Assembly (NCBI RefSeq): GCF_036321535.1
Contig: NC_087436.1
Span: 10,354,001 to 10,418,000, forward strand
DNA: 64,000 nucleotides
From: Camelus dromedarius
Taxonomy: Eukaryota
Reading direction: 5' to 3'
Shown here one piece after another: positions 13,322 through 25,800 of the stretch; position 1 is the first letter of the stretch, and every line of letters starts with the position of its first letter. The notes beneath the pieces were generated by a model. The model was not told the origin of the DNA. It searched no databases and was given only the letters and a program-made list of their open reading frames with translations. A program made the position numbers and the translations under genes.

Positions 13322-14149
13322 GTTCAGACTTACAGCCAAACTGTAGGAAGGACAAATGACACTGACATTGCAGCTCTCTGCTGGCTGGCTGGGAGCAGGA
13401 AGTCATATCTACAGCCAGTGAGGTTTCTGTCCCTCCTTCACACATGCTACTTCACAGGCTATTGCTCCCCGTGACGCAGATTTCCAGCATGTCGAGTCCC
13501 TGACAACACTGGGTCTTTTGCTTTTCTCTGTGCACTTAATTTCCAAACTTAACACCAACAGCGAACACAATGGTCTTGCTGTGTCTGACCCTATCATTTG
13601 GGGCAGATCATGCAGAAGGAAATAAAAAGTAAACCACAGAGCAAAGATCCAATTTTTTTTTTCTTGAAAGAAAAGGGGCTCAAGAGGTGAAACAATTGGT
13701 GTGGCTGGTGCAGGCACCTTGGACCACTGAGCATCTGAAAAGGAAAAATCACCAAAATAATCGGCAAAGCAATGCTGTATCTCTATTATAACAAGTGAGC
13801 CGGTTGAGAATATAAACCCTTGTGAGGTTAACATCGCATGAGTAAGCTCGGCGAAGTCCATGCTGAAGGAGAAATTTCCTGGAGGACACAGAGCACCAGG
13901 TAAAGGTGTACATAGGCTGTCTTCCCAGGGAAGCAAGGGGTATCGCCACTGAATCCAAATTACTACGCCTTAGCCACTATCAGATATGTACTGGTGGCAA
14001 CCTTGCCCTTCCAATGAGCAAGGAGAGAGATTTTATTCTATTATGTGATCTGGCCTGGCCTATGTATGCCTGAATTGCCGGAGTAAATCTAGATCCTTTT
14101 AATTTTAAGGCTGCTTGTGACATTTCAAAGCAACTCAGAGACTACTTAA

Positions 14150-14370
14150 CAGATATAACAACAAGGCGCTTACAGGTACTTTGACGTACAATTTATATTC
14201 AGACCATCACAAGAGACCATAGACAAGAATGAGCACTGAGATACAGAGCCAAAAAAAAAAAAAAAAAAAAAAAGAGCTTCCTCCAAAGTCATAGAGCTAA
14301 TAAAGCTGGAGCCAGAATCCAACACTGTTTGTCTAATTTCCACCCCAGGGGTTTTGTACCATACCAATAT
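14150..14370 (-). mobile_element. MIR-like SINE relic with inserted poly-A
   Basis: ctccaaagtcatagagctaataaagctggagccagaatccaacac...gtctaatttcca. Confidence 0.5.
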
Positions 14371-16642
14371 ACATTCTATTCTTGGAGAAGTAAGTGGTAT
14401 AAAAGGAAGTCAAGTTAAAAAAAATTAACAAGAAAAAAAAATATTTGGGGCCCTAATGCCAACTTTTATGTGTTCTGAGAATGACCGAGTGAAATTTGAA
14501 TAAAATGTTTTATATTCAGGTGTCTAATGTAAACTTACTGTTCGTATTCAAATCTCTAAGGTCAGTTTGTTTAGGATTCTGATATTGTGTGATATGTTTG
14601 AAGAAAAAAACCAGCAGAAACATTTCAAGTGGAAGAAAGCCAGAATGTGGAAAGGAAAAAAAAATGGAGTTGACTTTTCAATAGATTTTCAGTACCTTTC
14701 ATCAGAGACCACAGGCCACAGAGGGAGGAAAGAGTCTGCACATTTCTGTTATGGTGAAGACCTACACAGACCTGGGAATCACACTTAAGATGAAAACGGA
14801 ACTTGATAATTATTGCAATATACTTTTTTTTCTTCAACTCAACTCTTCCTACATTCCAAATCTTTGTTAAATCAGAACAGTTTGCAAATTAAGTCTTGGG
14901 GGGAAGGTCATTGTGTAAACTGGCAAACACACACACTCACTGTCAGCATGTGTTCTGAACAAGAGATCACACACGTGCCAATGTCAGTCTCCACGCTTCT
15001 GCTCCTGGACTGAGAGGGTCTCGCTGTCTCTCTTGGATAACTGACCCCGTGCCTGCGTGTGAAGAGACTTGAGGCTAAGGCAGAACAAGGGACTTCACTC
15101 AACATTGCATTACTTTATGGATACCACCAATGAACTGATGAATAAACCGCAGAGAAAGTGAACAAGCACTAGCAGTGTTGATTGGGCTTAAATCTAGCTT
15201 GTTGTTCTGATGCCCTGCCCATTCCTGTCTCTGGTCCACAACAGTGATGTCACTTTTTGTATCCCAGGAATGCCAGTTTCAGGAACGCTAAGGAGAATAT
15301 TACCTAAGAAGACAAGTGCTTTTTTGTCTGCCGTTAAGCTCGAGCAGTAAAACATTAAAGAGAAGAAGTAAGAGATCTTCAGAAAGAATAGAAACATAAC
15401 AGTCTTGCCTTCATCGCTTGAGAAACAAGTATTTTAAATGATCTGAAGTTTCTGTTGACCAACGTGACTGTGGACTTTTGAGAATTGATCTTACATTTGT
15501 TTCACTAAATGGCCTTTTATTCAAATGGCCATCTTCCTAAAACGAGTGAGTGGCTGTTACACCAAAAACAGGCGTTAATATGCCTTATTATCCTCACAAA
15601 GAAGTCACTGCTTACAGAAAAAAGAGTTTGAGTCCAGCCTATTAAAAAGGTTAAAGCGGTATTTCAGAGCAACTGCTCCTGCACTGAAATATATTTATTC
15701 AGTTTGTGACTTAATTTGCTCACTAGGGACAGAAAAGAAAGACAGGATGAAAGTCAAGAGAAAGAGATGACAAAGTATTAATTATAAAAGCCAAAGAGTT
15801 GTATTCATTTTCTTAGCTAGTACTTTTTTCCATTTTCGATTCATTTTTCTTTTCTTTTCCCATTCATTTTCTTTTTCCAGAAAATTTTTCTTCAAGAACA
15901 AATATCTTCAGGACCTGATTTGCTGGGCTGGCCACCTGGCTGGGAGATGAGGGAGTCTGGAAGGCAGGGCCCCACTAGGGGATCCTGTCTTGATCACTGC
16001 TGTTGTCCTGATGTTTCCCCAAAGTCACATTTAGGTAAGACTGGGATGGGCTGGGCAGGTGGAGGACCTGAGTCTGTCTTCAGTCTGGGCTCTGAGGACC
16101 CTCAGGGGCTGCGTGAAAAGGAATGCGATATAATACGTAGGACTCAGGTTTCCCCACCCCAGCTCAGGTTTAACCAGATAGTCTACTATTATCTGAGTTA
16201 AGCACTGGGCTTCTGTGAGATATTTTTAACTACAAAGGGGGCTTAGGGACTAACTGCAATTAGAAATTACTCATTGCTATGATGAATCAACCAAGGTCCA
16301 GAAAACATAAGTGTCTCTTCCATGATCACCCCAGGAGCTGGAAGAAGAATCCTGATTTCCTGCAGCAAATCATTGCATTTGAAGGACAGAAGCTTGAGCT
16401 GTGATTTCTGTTCACCCAGCGGGTCTGGCAGGTTAATAGACATGCGTGACTATCATGAGCCAAGGAGACATAAATGATGGAATGCTTTCCACCTTGACGT
16501 CTTAAAAGACACACTGGACAATCTGAGCTGGGTTCTGACCTCCTCAAATGCCTGCTTTGTATTCTCTCACAGCCTGAAACTTTTCAAAGACAGATGCCTC
16601 TTGTTTTTCCCTTTGACAGGGAACAAATTCTAATAACTTAAC

Positions 16643-17112
16643 TGTTGCAAACTAAGGAATGTCGCTTGCCACCTGGTTCTATGAGGACTGAGTCATTAGC
16701 CACTGCAGTCCCCGGTCTGGAATGTACCCTGAAAGAAATTTAGGGCAATAATCTGGGTGAGGCATTCTGTGTTCTGGGGATAAAAGGCAAAACAGGCTTT
16801 CAGATTATTCCAGGAGAAATTTTTATGAACATGGATTCTCGCATCTTCCCATACTTACAAAGGCATTAAGATTATTACCTGAGCTATCTGCTCCATGTGA
16901 CTAGCAGTAACCTTCTACCAAGATGCATGCTTGATTGCATACCCCTTTGCCAAAATCACATATACACTGCCCGCCACCCCCGCCCCCATATCTTCAGAGC
17001 AGTTCCTCAGCGCTATCTAAGAAGCTGTCTCTGGGGCTATAATCCTGAGTAAATCCCCAAGTAAAACTGAAACTCACAGCTCTCGTGTTGTACATTTTTT
17101 TCTTAGTCAACA
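16643..17112 (+). mobile_element. 5' LTR of provirus
   Basis: TGTTGCAAAC...AGTCAACA; followed 4 nt later by PBS; first 68 nt align ungapped to 21616-21683. Confidence 0.85.
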
Positions 17113-17116
17113 GGTC

Positions 17117-17134
17117 TGGTGACCACAGAGAGAC
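17117..17134 (+). promoter_or_regulatory. Retroviral primer-binding site, probably tRNA-Arg(TCG)
   Basis: TGGTGACCACAGAGAGAC vs expected TGGCGACCACGAAGGGAC (14/18; two differences are at CpGs); tRNA sequence recalled from memory. Confidence 0.6.
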
Positions 17135-17678
17135 CCACAGCAGACTCCTCTCCATCCCCTGAACTCTACAAGGACCAGGAGCCTTGGTATCAGCAAGGGT
17201 CCCTTGTACCCATCTGTCTCCTCGGTAAGTCCAGATGAATTTGGGTGAATCTCTTCTGGTCTCAGATCTCTCGTTATTGGTTGACAATCTGAGTTTTATT
17301 TGATGGTTGATAAAAAGGTACCTGACTCCTTAGCTGAGAGACACAGGAAGATTTGCTCAGTGGAAAGACACTGAGTGTTTTGGACTGGGGGATTCGGTAG
17401 GAGGCTGGCCGTCTTCCCTCAATCTGACTACCTTAATAGAATTTGTTAGGGTACAAGTGAAGATGTCATATGAGAGCTCTCTGCTCCAAAGAAAAGGTCC
17501 TCTCAGCTCTTTACAGCTTTCTCACGTAGCTGAGAAAATTATGGGAAATTATGGAAAATTTATGGGAGTGATGCAGGCAAGTCCTTTCATGCTGGGCAGC
17601 TGTCTCATTGGGAATCCCCTCATTAATTGAACACTTGCTTATTTATCCAGGGATGCACAATATAAGAGTGGGTCACTC

Positions 17679-18151
17679 TGAGACAGGAGGCAAGGGGGCA
17701 GGGCACAGCCACTGAAGGGATGACACAGCAACTGAGGACAGGACACACTGGTTAGGACCAAGATGGCGGAAGACTCGACTTCCAGTAGACCTTGAGCCTC
17801 ATGCACACCCACAGGCACCGTGACAGTGCCTCGGCTGACCATAAAAGGGCAAAAAGTGGGCGGGGCCCAATTCCTGGAAATCCTCTCCCCTTTCCCAACA
17901 TAGTCAGAATAATCCTCTTACTCGTTAGCATATGAAATTACAGAGCCCATAAAAACTAACAACTCTGAACCTCGTGGTCACTCTCCTAAGCCACTCTAAC
18001 AGTGTATCTCCTAAGCCGCTCTCCCTTCTGAGTGAGGCAGACCCCACTCTGTCTGTGGAGTGCGTCTCTCTAAATAAACCTGCTTTCACTTTACTAAGCC
18101 TTGCTCTTGAATTCTTTCCTGCATGAGGAGAGAACTTATTCTCCAGCAACA
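17679..18151 (+). mobile_element. Solo ERV1 LTR nested in the provirus leader/internal region
   Basis: TGAGACAGG...CAACA, AATAAA ~18073, near-TSD ACTC/ACGC; homologous to 1415-2055. Confidence 0.85.
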
Positions 18152-19879
18152 ACGCAGTGCTTCAAACTCCCACAGCAGATTTCGATTTCTGGAGAGAGAA
18201 ACTGAGACACGAAAAGAGCTGAAATGACTCTAGCAGGGCACCTAGAGGAGTTAAGCTCGCAAACAGCACATCAGCCCACCGTACAGTTTCATTAGTTATT
18301 TTATCCCAATAAAACCAACTTTAAAATCGGGAATAAAGTTTCCTAAACAGAGAAATGAGGGGGTGTCAGGTAGCTAACCGCCCACAAACACCCCAGCCAG
18401 GTCTATGTACTTACGGGCCTTCGACTTGCAGGTACTTACTTAATTGGGGAAACTATACTAAAGGGGATTCCAACCTCAAATGGCCAAATTGGGGCCCTTT
18501 TTCAGGTTTGTAAACTGGATTTTGCATACGCAGTCAGACAAAGCCAGCTTGATGAAACATCTTCTCAGAATTCTTACCCTAAGGAATCAAGCCCTTCTAA
18601 GAGGAGATTGCATTTTTCCCCCTGTGCCTTTGAGATGTAAACGTTCTACCAGAGCTCTCAGGAGCTCTTATCTTAACTCTTTCTAGACCATCTCTAATTC
18701 CCGAGACGGAGACAAAAAGACAAAGGAAAAGAGACCGTTTTAAAACTCAAGCAAGTAATCTTACCCCAACTGTCATTTATAAAATTAGTGAGTTTTACTT
18801 TATTATTGTAATACCTGATTCAGGACTACGTTTTAAAATCGAGCTATGCGCTCTCTAGTTGTGTGTGTCTATATGTCTGTGAGTACATTATAGGCATCAT
18901 ATGTCTCTACCTCTGGATGGTACTGACAAAATTAACTTGTAAATGAGCTCTATTTAATTGGCTTAGAGAAAATTAAGCATTTATATAAATTCTCAGAAAT
19001 AGAACAGAAACCAACTCAAATGAATTTCTGGTTCACGTGATCTGGGAAATAGTCAATATTAAATAAATATTTGGCATTAAAATTATTTTAAGTTTGTTGG
19101 TTTAATTGCTACAGACATGAATGTTAGAGTCATCAATATTAAGTACTTTCATCAGACCTACGTTTTCTAGAAGTCAAATAAGATCTTATTATTTCTGTTA
19201 TAAAGTTTGTCAGCAAGAGAGAGAACTTGGTATGATACAATTTTTAGAAGTAAAATAAATACAAATGAGATAAGAAGTTTTTTAACTGTGTCTTCAGGAA
19301 GAATTATGTTTTATGGCATGTCTACTTTAAATAGTATCTCCAGACTTTTGGTAACTTGAAACTTCAGAGTTTTGCTAAGTTAAGTTGAATAGTGAAAGCT
19401 TATTGGACATCTAGATCGTTCCCACATAAAACAAGATGCTGAAGCCTTAGTTACTGAACACAGGCTTCCTTTTACAGAGAAGCTGAAGACACTTAGGACT
19501 ATTCGTAAATGTGTTAGTGTCACTCTGAGACATTCTTTATAAGAACACACGTTTTTAGAAGTTATAAATAGTATTTATAGGTTTGCCAATCTATAGAATG
19601 CTAATGGAAGAGACAGTTCATAACTGCTAACTTCTTAGTTTTCACTAGAAATTAAGGTTTTTAAGCGCTGAGATTTCTAATTAATGTATTTTTCAAGTTG
19701 CCTAAAGTCTGCACTGGACTGGTCTAAGGACTGCTGACCTCAAAATGACCTTAAATCAAAGCTCAAACAGAGGAGAAATGACACCCACACCAGGATAAGA
19801 AAAAAACAACATCAGAAGTAGACAGCTCCTAATAGGCCAGATCTGATCTGTGTGACCATCTACAGTGTTTTCTTAGACT

Positions 19880-21330
19880 TTTGCATATGAATCAAAAGTT
19901 CTTGTATCGTGGGCACGATCCTGGGCAAATTTTAGAAACCAATCCAATTGTTGGCTTTGTAGTCAGTTACCGACATCCACTACTTCTGGGGACCTTGGTG
20001 GACTTCTGCTTTCCAGGACTCTGATTGGATGGCCCTCAGAAAATTCATTTCAGAAGAAAGAAGTTATAGTTCCATTTGGGCCATCTCTTGGGTTACTAGA
20101 TGGAATCCCATCACTTGGCCAATCTGTAATACCTCTCTAACCCTGGCTGTAAATACAAATTTACTTTAAAGACTACTAAACTCACTCAGAACAAAGAGCT
20201 GAATCTCAGTCAAAATGTATAACCTCCAGGGGAGGGAGGGTATAGCTCAGTGGTAGAGCATGTGCTTAGCATGCATGAGGTCCTGGGTTCAATCCCCAGT
20301 AACCCCATTAAAAATAAACAAACAAACAAACATAATTATTCTCCCCAATAAATAAGTAAAACACAAACAAAAATACATTTTATAAAGAATTTAATAAAAG
20401 AAAATCATATTAAAAATATAGCCTCTGATTATTAGGAGAAACTCTCCTGCAATTATGGGATGGATTTATATGGATAACAGCAGGCTATGGCCATTTAAGT
20501 TTAAAGGCCTGTTTATACTGAGGATAGTCAGCCTAATCACACTAGCAAATTGGGCTGGGTGCCTTATGAACAATGCAGATATATTATTATCCTTAAAGAT
20601 AGCAATTGGTACAGAACAGAATGGGTCAGATGACCAGGGATATATGGGTCACACCTCATGGAAATCAACAGCTTTGTGGGACCCATTTATGGCCCTGGCT
20701 TCTGCCAGGATGGACAGAAAGATGTACCCTAGAAGTTCCTTGGACTCAAGGCTACTTGAGTGCCAATTTATATATGACCCCAGCAAATTTACCACTGTAC
20801 AAGTTTGATGCATCAAGAAATCTGTATTTTATTGGCATGACCACTTAAAAGCTGTTTTTGTGACTTCAGGAGGATTGGGGTATGTAGTCACCCATATGGA
20901 AGCCTTAACAAAGTTCACTCAACAGACCTCAAACAACAATAATCGAGCTATTAACCTACTGACTTCTGAGGTCTCTGTGGTGAGAAAAGTGCCATTACAA
21001 AATCGCATGGCCCTCAGTGTCCTTACAGCATCTCAGGAAGGCACCGGTGCCATCATTCAGACTGAATGTAGAATCTATACCAGATAGACCCTTTAATATA
21101 ATGCATTTAATGAACCACATGAAAAATCAAATCTTTGCTTTAAGCAATCCACGCCCTAGGCTTGGTGACTTCTTAAAAAACCAGTCTGGTGCTGGAAGCT
21201 GTTGGCTTAAATATTGACTTAAGTCCTGATTACTCTATATTACTTGTATTCTGCCTATTTTACAAGATTATTGTTTCTCGCATTACTAAGTGTGTGACGG
21301 AGCCTCCAATAAAGTCATGATGACTAGGCA
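19880..21330 (+). pseudogene. env: Gamma-type retroviral env remnant (disrupted)
   Basis: SU CWLC motif (RNQSNCWLCSQLP; CWLC at 19949-19960), LCGTHLWPWLLPGWTERCTL, decayed furin site (*CIKK|SVF at ~20806-20829), ISD LQNRMALSVLTASQEGT (20995-21045), broken CX6CC (GAIIQTECR); many stops, frameshifts and a SINE insertion. Confidence 0.85.
20229..20410 (+). mobile_element. tRNA-Ala-derived camelid SINE (Vic-1-like) inserted in env
   Basis: GGGGAGGGAGGGTATAGCTCAGTGGTAGAGC...GGTTCAATCCCCAGTA with A/B boxes, A-rich tail, imperfect TSD aaaatgtataacctc/aaaatatagcctc. Confidence 0.9.
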
Positions 21331-21615
21331 ACGGGAAATGACTGACCAAATACATGGCTCTATACGAGGTCAACGATTGTAATGGTGCAACTCTACATAT
21401 GGGAAAAAGCAGCAAGAGGAAATTATTTCCTGGACCATAACAGACTAGAAAGACAGGTGGTCTGGATTTGGCCACAATTAACAGGGCCTCGTCCAGTAAG
21501 AGCACCTTGAGTGGCCTACCAAAGAAATCCTCTCCAGACCTAAGAGTAAGCCTTCCTAAGACCCATGGGACATGAAGTGCCTCCCAAAATTTACTGATTT
21601 ATGACCCACAGGGGG

Positions 21616-21775
21616 CACTGCAAACTAACTAATGTCACTCACCATCTGGCTCTACTAGGATCAAATCGTTAACCACTGCAGTCGCTGACCTACAATACAG
21701 CTTGAAAGATAAGAACAAGGTACTCTGTGCTCCAGGAAAACTGGCAAGACAGGCCCTCAGGTAGTTAGAAACATC
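21616..21775 (+). mobile_element. Truncated 3' LTR of provirus
   Basis: Follows AGGGGG; 50/68 identity with the start of the 5' LTR by manual count; homology ends near 21770. Confidence 0.75.
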
Positions 21776-22720
21776 TATATTCATTTCGATTTTTTGTTCC
21801 TATTTAAGGACAATTTATTCATGTTAGTGATCTTTTTCAAAGTGTAAAGATTTGGAAGTTAGGGGCTTTATTTTATTATTCCTAAAGCATCAAATATGAG
21901 TTGGAATTATTACGGTGATGAGAAGAACAAAAAGTGGTAGCAGGTAAGTTCTTTTTCTGATGGGTTATGCTTTCATTACTGTATGGCAGTTTAATTTCAG
22001 AAACCGTGTGACTTTCTGGGGAAATTAACAATACACGGATCATTATTTTATCAAGCAAATATTTCCTTTCATTTAATCTCCCAAAAGGTACACAATAATG
22101 TGCCTCAGATATACATTCAATAATGGTTTATAAACATTTTCTTCATTTGGTCAATCAATGACTGAAAGCATTTTAAGGTTAATGGTCTCACGATGTGATC
22201 AATCATTCTAAGCTATGATCCGCCACCAGGACTTCTCATTTTGCGAATGATTTCTTGATAATGATCACAAGAAGCACATCTGTATGCTGGTTGAAAAGTT
22301 AATTAAAATGTGATTCCATCTGGTAGTCCAGTTGGGAATGTCACTATTCGATTTAATCTACATTGAGTTGAAATGAACTCTGCATAATCAAAACATATAA
22401 TGCAGTGGGGGACATGGAGATGTAAGTTAGTCAGTATTGCACATGTTAATTTATTTTTTAATTTAAACATTTAAAAATGTTAATTATTTTCCTTCCTCTT
22501 TTAATTTTTTTTTCTTTTCTAAACTATAGAAATCTGGGGAAACAACATTTCCTTATGGTTTTCTCATTATGGGTACATTTCCCTTTTTGTGAATTTTGTC
22601 TAACTGCACATTTATTGCTATTTTCTCCATTCCATTTCAATAGGGTTTAGAGAGCTCATGTGAGCCACTCATTCCTTCACAGATGCTGACTGTAGTCACT
22701 CATTTTGTTCTGATGCCATG

Positions 22721-23383
22721 TGTATTGGTTTCCTACTGCTGTTGTAAAAACCTACCAGTAACTCGGTGTCTTAAGACAACACAAATGTATTGTCTTACAG
22801 TTTTGGACGTCAGAAGTTTGAAATGGGTCTCATGGCTAAAATCAAGCTATGAGTAGGATGGTGTTCCTTCTGGAGGCTCTTGGAGACAATCTGTTCCCTC
22901 CCATTCCAGCTCCTAGAGGCTGCCCTCATCCCTTGACTGTGGCCCCCTTCCACCCTCAAAGCCAGCAGTGAAGGATAAGGTCTTTCTTTTTTTAAAAAAT
23001 ATTAATTAATTTATTTTGGGGGAGAGAGCAATTAGGTTATTCTTATTTTTTTTTTTTTAATGGAGGTACTGGGTATCGAACCCAGGACCTCATGCATGCT
23101 AAGCACACACTCTACCACTGAGCTATACTGCCCCCTCAAGACAAGGTCTTTCTTGTGATGCTGTCTCTGGTGCTGACTCTTCCGCTCCCCTCTTTCTGTT
23201 AAAAAAAACTCCCTTCTAATTATGTTGAGCCTACCTACATCACACATCATAATCTATTTTGTCTTAAAATCAGCTGATTAGTGACCTCAGTTCCATCTGC
23301 AACTCTAATTCCCTCTTGTTGTGTACCACAACATACTCATCAGTTTTGGGGATTGGGATGTGGCCACTCTTCTATCTTCCACA
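22721..23383 (-). mobile_element. MaLR LTR (MLT1C/D-like) interrupted by a SINE
   Basis: tgtattggtttcctactgctgttgtaa...acaacacaaatgtattgtcttacagt...ttccttctggaggctct...ttccatctgcaac. Confidence 0.85.
22989..23139 (-). mobile_element. Vic-1-like SINE
   Basis: Antisense tRNA-Ala-like head; TSD GA(T/C)AAGGTCTTTCTT at 22974-22988 / 23140-23154. Confidence 0.9.
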
Positions 23384-24154
23384 CACTGTAGCCAGTTTAT
23401 TCCAATCCTTTGCTTGGGGAGAGAGTAGGGAGATGGCTTTACTTTCTTCTCAGTCATTTGAAATGTTTTCTGGTTGGGCTGATGTTTACCAGTTTGCATA
23501 TATGCAGACAAGTGCTTCTAGTTACAGATTTTCCCAAGGGATGAAACACTGGCGATAGATAAAACTTACATTAAAAGATGCTTCCATTGCATATTATTGC
23601 AATGTAGAGTTGAGTATTTCTTTGCATGGAAAGGATGAAGCCTTTTTCAAAAGCAACTCAGAAATTCACTGTGGGTCTGACAGTGTACCAAATTTTCAAA
23701 GCTACTAACTTAGTTATTATGGGTTGGTTAATATTCCATCTTATAAATTTATTTTCCATTTTATTTTTTTTGGAAAGTGTACGCTGTTTATTTTTCACTA
23801 GTTAAACATACTTCTGCTAAACCTAAGTAGGTAGGACATTAGATTTTTTTCTTGTTGAGATTGCAATTTTAATCCAACTATAAGTTCAAGACTCCACAGA
23901 AAATGTCTAGCAATGTGTCTGTTCATACTTCTACAAATAAAATACACCCAATGAGATAACCATAAAGGATTACTATTAGGATAGTGACAATGCAATCATA
24001 AATCATTTGTATTTGGAAGACAATCCTCTTAAAACTAGAAAAATATAAGAAGTCCTGATGCTGATGAGATGTTTAGTCTATTAATAAGTCAGATTTTTAT
24101 CAGACATGCAGATCCATTAAGATATATATTTATATGCAAAAGAGTTTGTTATAC

Positions 24155-24482
24155 AGTTTTATTTTTCATTTAAAAAATACTGTATTAAGGTATGATCAAC
24201 ATGTAAAAAACTATACATATTTAAAGTATACAACGTAATGAGCTTGGGGATAAGTATACACCTGTGAAACCATCACCACTCTCAAGGCCATGGATGCATC
24301 CTTCACCTCCCAAGGTTTCCTGCCATCCCCTTTACTACTATCTTTGAGCCTGCTTTGTTTCCAGTTTTATTGAGAAATAATTGACACACATCACTGTATA
24401 ACCTTAAGGTATACAAAGTGATGGCTTGATTTACATATATTGTGAAATGATCACCACAATGGGTTCAGCTAACATCCATCAA
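24155..24482 (-). mobile_element. Two adjacent old L1 3'-terminal fragments (L1MA/MB-like)
   Basis: gtatacacctgtgaaaccatcaccac and ttttattgagaaataattgac...tattgtgaaatgatcaccaca...aacatccatc. Confidence 0.7.
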
Positions 24483-25694
24483 CTCTGTTACATAGTCTTG
24501 ACATTACACAGTGTGGGAGCCGGGTAAGCAGTTTCTATTGTTGGGTCAGGTGCTGGCGCTTAATGTCTACAGCACGGGCAGTGGAGAAGGAAAGACCGAC
24601 ATGAAGAAGGCGGGGCAAGGGTAAGCTATAAACCACAAGCATGAGTTCCAGCCCATGAGAACAGACTGGAACCCATTCAGCTCTTGCTGCCCCTGCCCTT
24701 GAAGACGCTGGTGTCCTGCAGAAGCTGAGGCCCTTTGACACTGAGTCCAGGAGGTGGAGAAGCTAAAGGAAGACCCAGAGTAGAAATTACAAGTCTGCAG
24801 TCGGCCTCACTCCCAAAAAAGAGCCAGCACATCTGAAAGATGGAAGGGCTGCTATGTAGCTCTCCCTCCACGAGTCCCCCTTGGCTGCTCATCTTCCTGG
24901 AAAACACATGGTGCCGGGAACTCTGTGCAGCCTCGCCAAGCGGACACGTTACAAAGCCACACACACAGCCTGGGAGCACTACGGTCTAATAAAACATCCA
25001 TCTCCAGTGAGTCTCCAACCATCAAGAACAACACATAACCTCCTTCTTCCTCTTTCCCTTCTCCACACCTAGTTTGGTTATTGAGTTTGTTTTAGTGAAA
25101 TATACATTATAGAATATTTTTCTTTGGGATAAGAAACACTGATAAAACCTTTAGATTTATCATTTTTCTTTCTCAATATATTGTCAGATGTCACTGGTCC
25201 TTCAAGCCAAATAATAATTTATTCTGTTTCAGCAGTGGGAAGTAAGCAAATAGGATAAGAATTAAGGTACCCCTTTTGATAGTTAATGCCATACTTTTAC
25301 TAGCTAAATGAAACAGAAAATTGAGGCTGTTATTTGTATTTTAAGTTTGTCTTTAAAAAGCCTCTCTCACTGGAATTTCATTCTTCCAAAAATGGCTTGC
25401 TTACTTTGTATTATTCAGCTCTTTCCAATTATTCCTTATTTTATTTCACATTTGACTGTCTGGCCTATATGATTAATACACAGCTTTTTATGAAGCCAGC
25501 TTTCAAAAAATTCTGTTCTCCCAATGGCGAAAAGAAGTATTAGAAGAGTTCCAACAATTACTTGGGTCATGCACCAAAATAAATACCTTCTTAATTGGAT
25601 ATTTAAAGCAAAACTGCATTATTTGGGCTGCTTCATCTTCAAAATTGTCCTGATTGTCCAAATCCCTCTATGAGCACAGAAAGTTGAAAAGAAA

Positions 25695-25800
25695 CATACA
25701 TATATAATATTTATATAATATATATTATATTCACATAATATTTACATACTACATATTGGATTTATATAATATATATTAGATTTATGTATATCACATATAG
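25695..25800. repeat. AT-rich low-complexity (TA)n-like tract
   Basis: catatacatatataatatttatataatatatattatat... Confidence 0.7.

Larger units (their letters stand above)
16643..21775 (+). mobile_element. Degenerate ERV1 (MER4-group-like) provirus lacking recognisable gag/pol, with env remnant
   Basis: 5' LTR 16643-17112 (TG..CA), PBS at 17117, AT-rich internal segment, env motifs, purine run at ~21610 and partial 3' LTR from 21616. Confidence 0.85.

Noticed and set aside
13409..13936. Longest ORF (175 aa, minus strand) as a protein-coding gene
   Set aside because: Non-ATG start, crosses a homopolymer run, no recognisable domain or supporting exon structure; treated as chance without a database search.
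1415..18151. The two related LTRs as ends of one 16.7-kb provirus
   Set aside because: Each has its own TSD (AAAC; ACTC/ACGC), they differ in length and U5, and the DNA between them is older L1 and MER sequence.
20229..20310. tRNA-Ala(AGC) gene
   Set aside because: The tRNA-like head is followed by an A-rich tail and flanked by a TSD, and recurs four times in the window, so it is a SINE.
19880..21330. Domesticated env (syncytin-like) gene
   Set aside because: Multiple stops and frameshifts, lost CX6CC cysteines, a stop beside the furin site and a SINE insertion; no long ORF.
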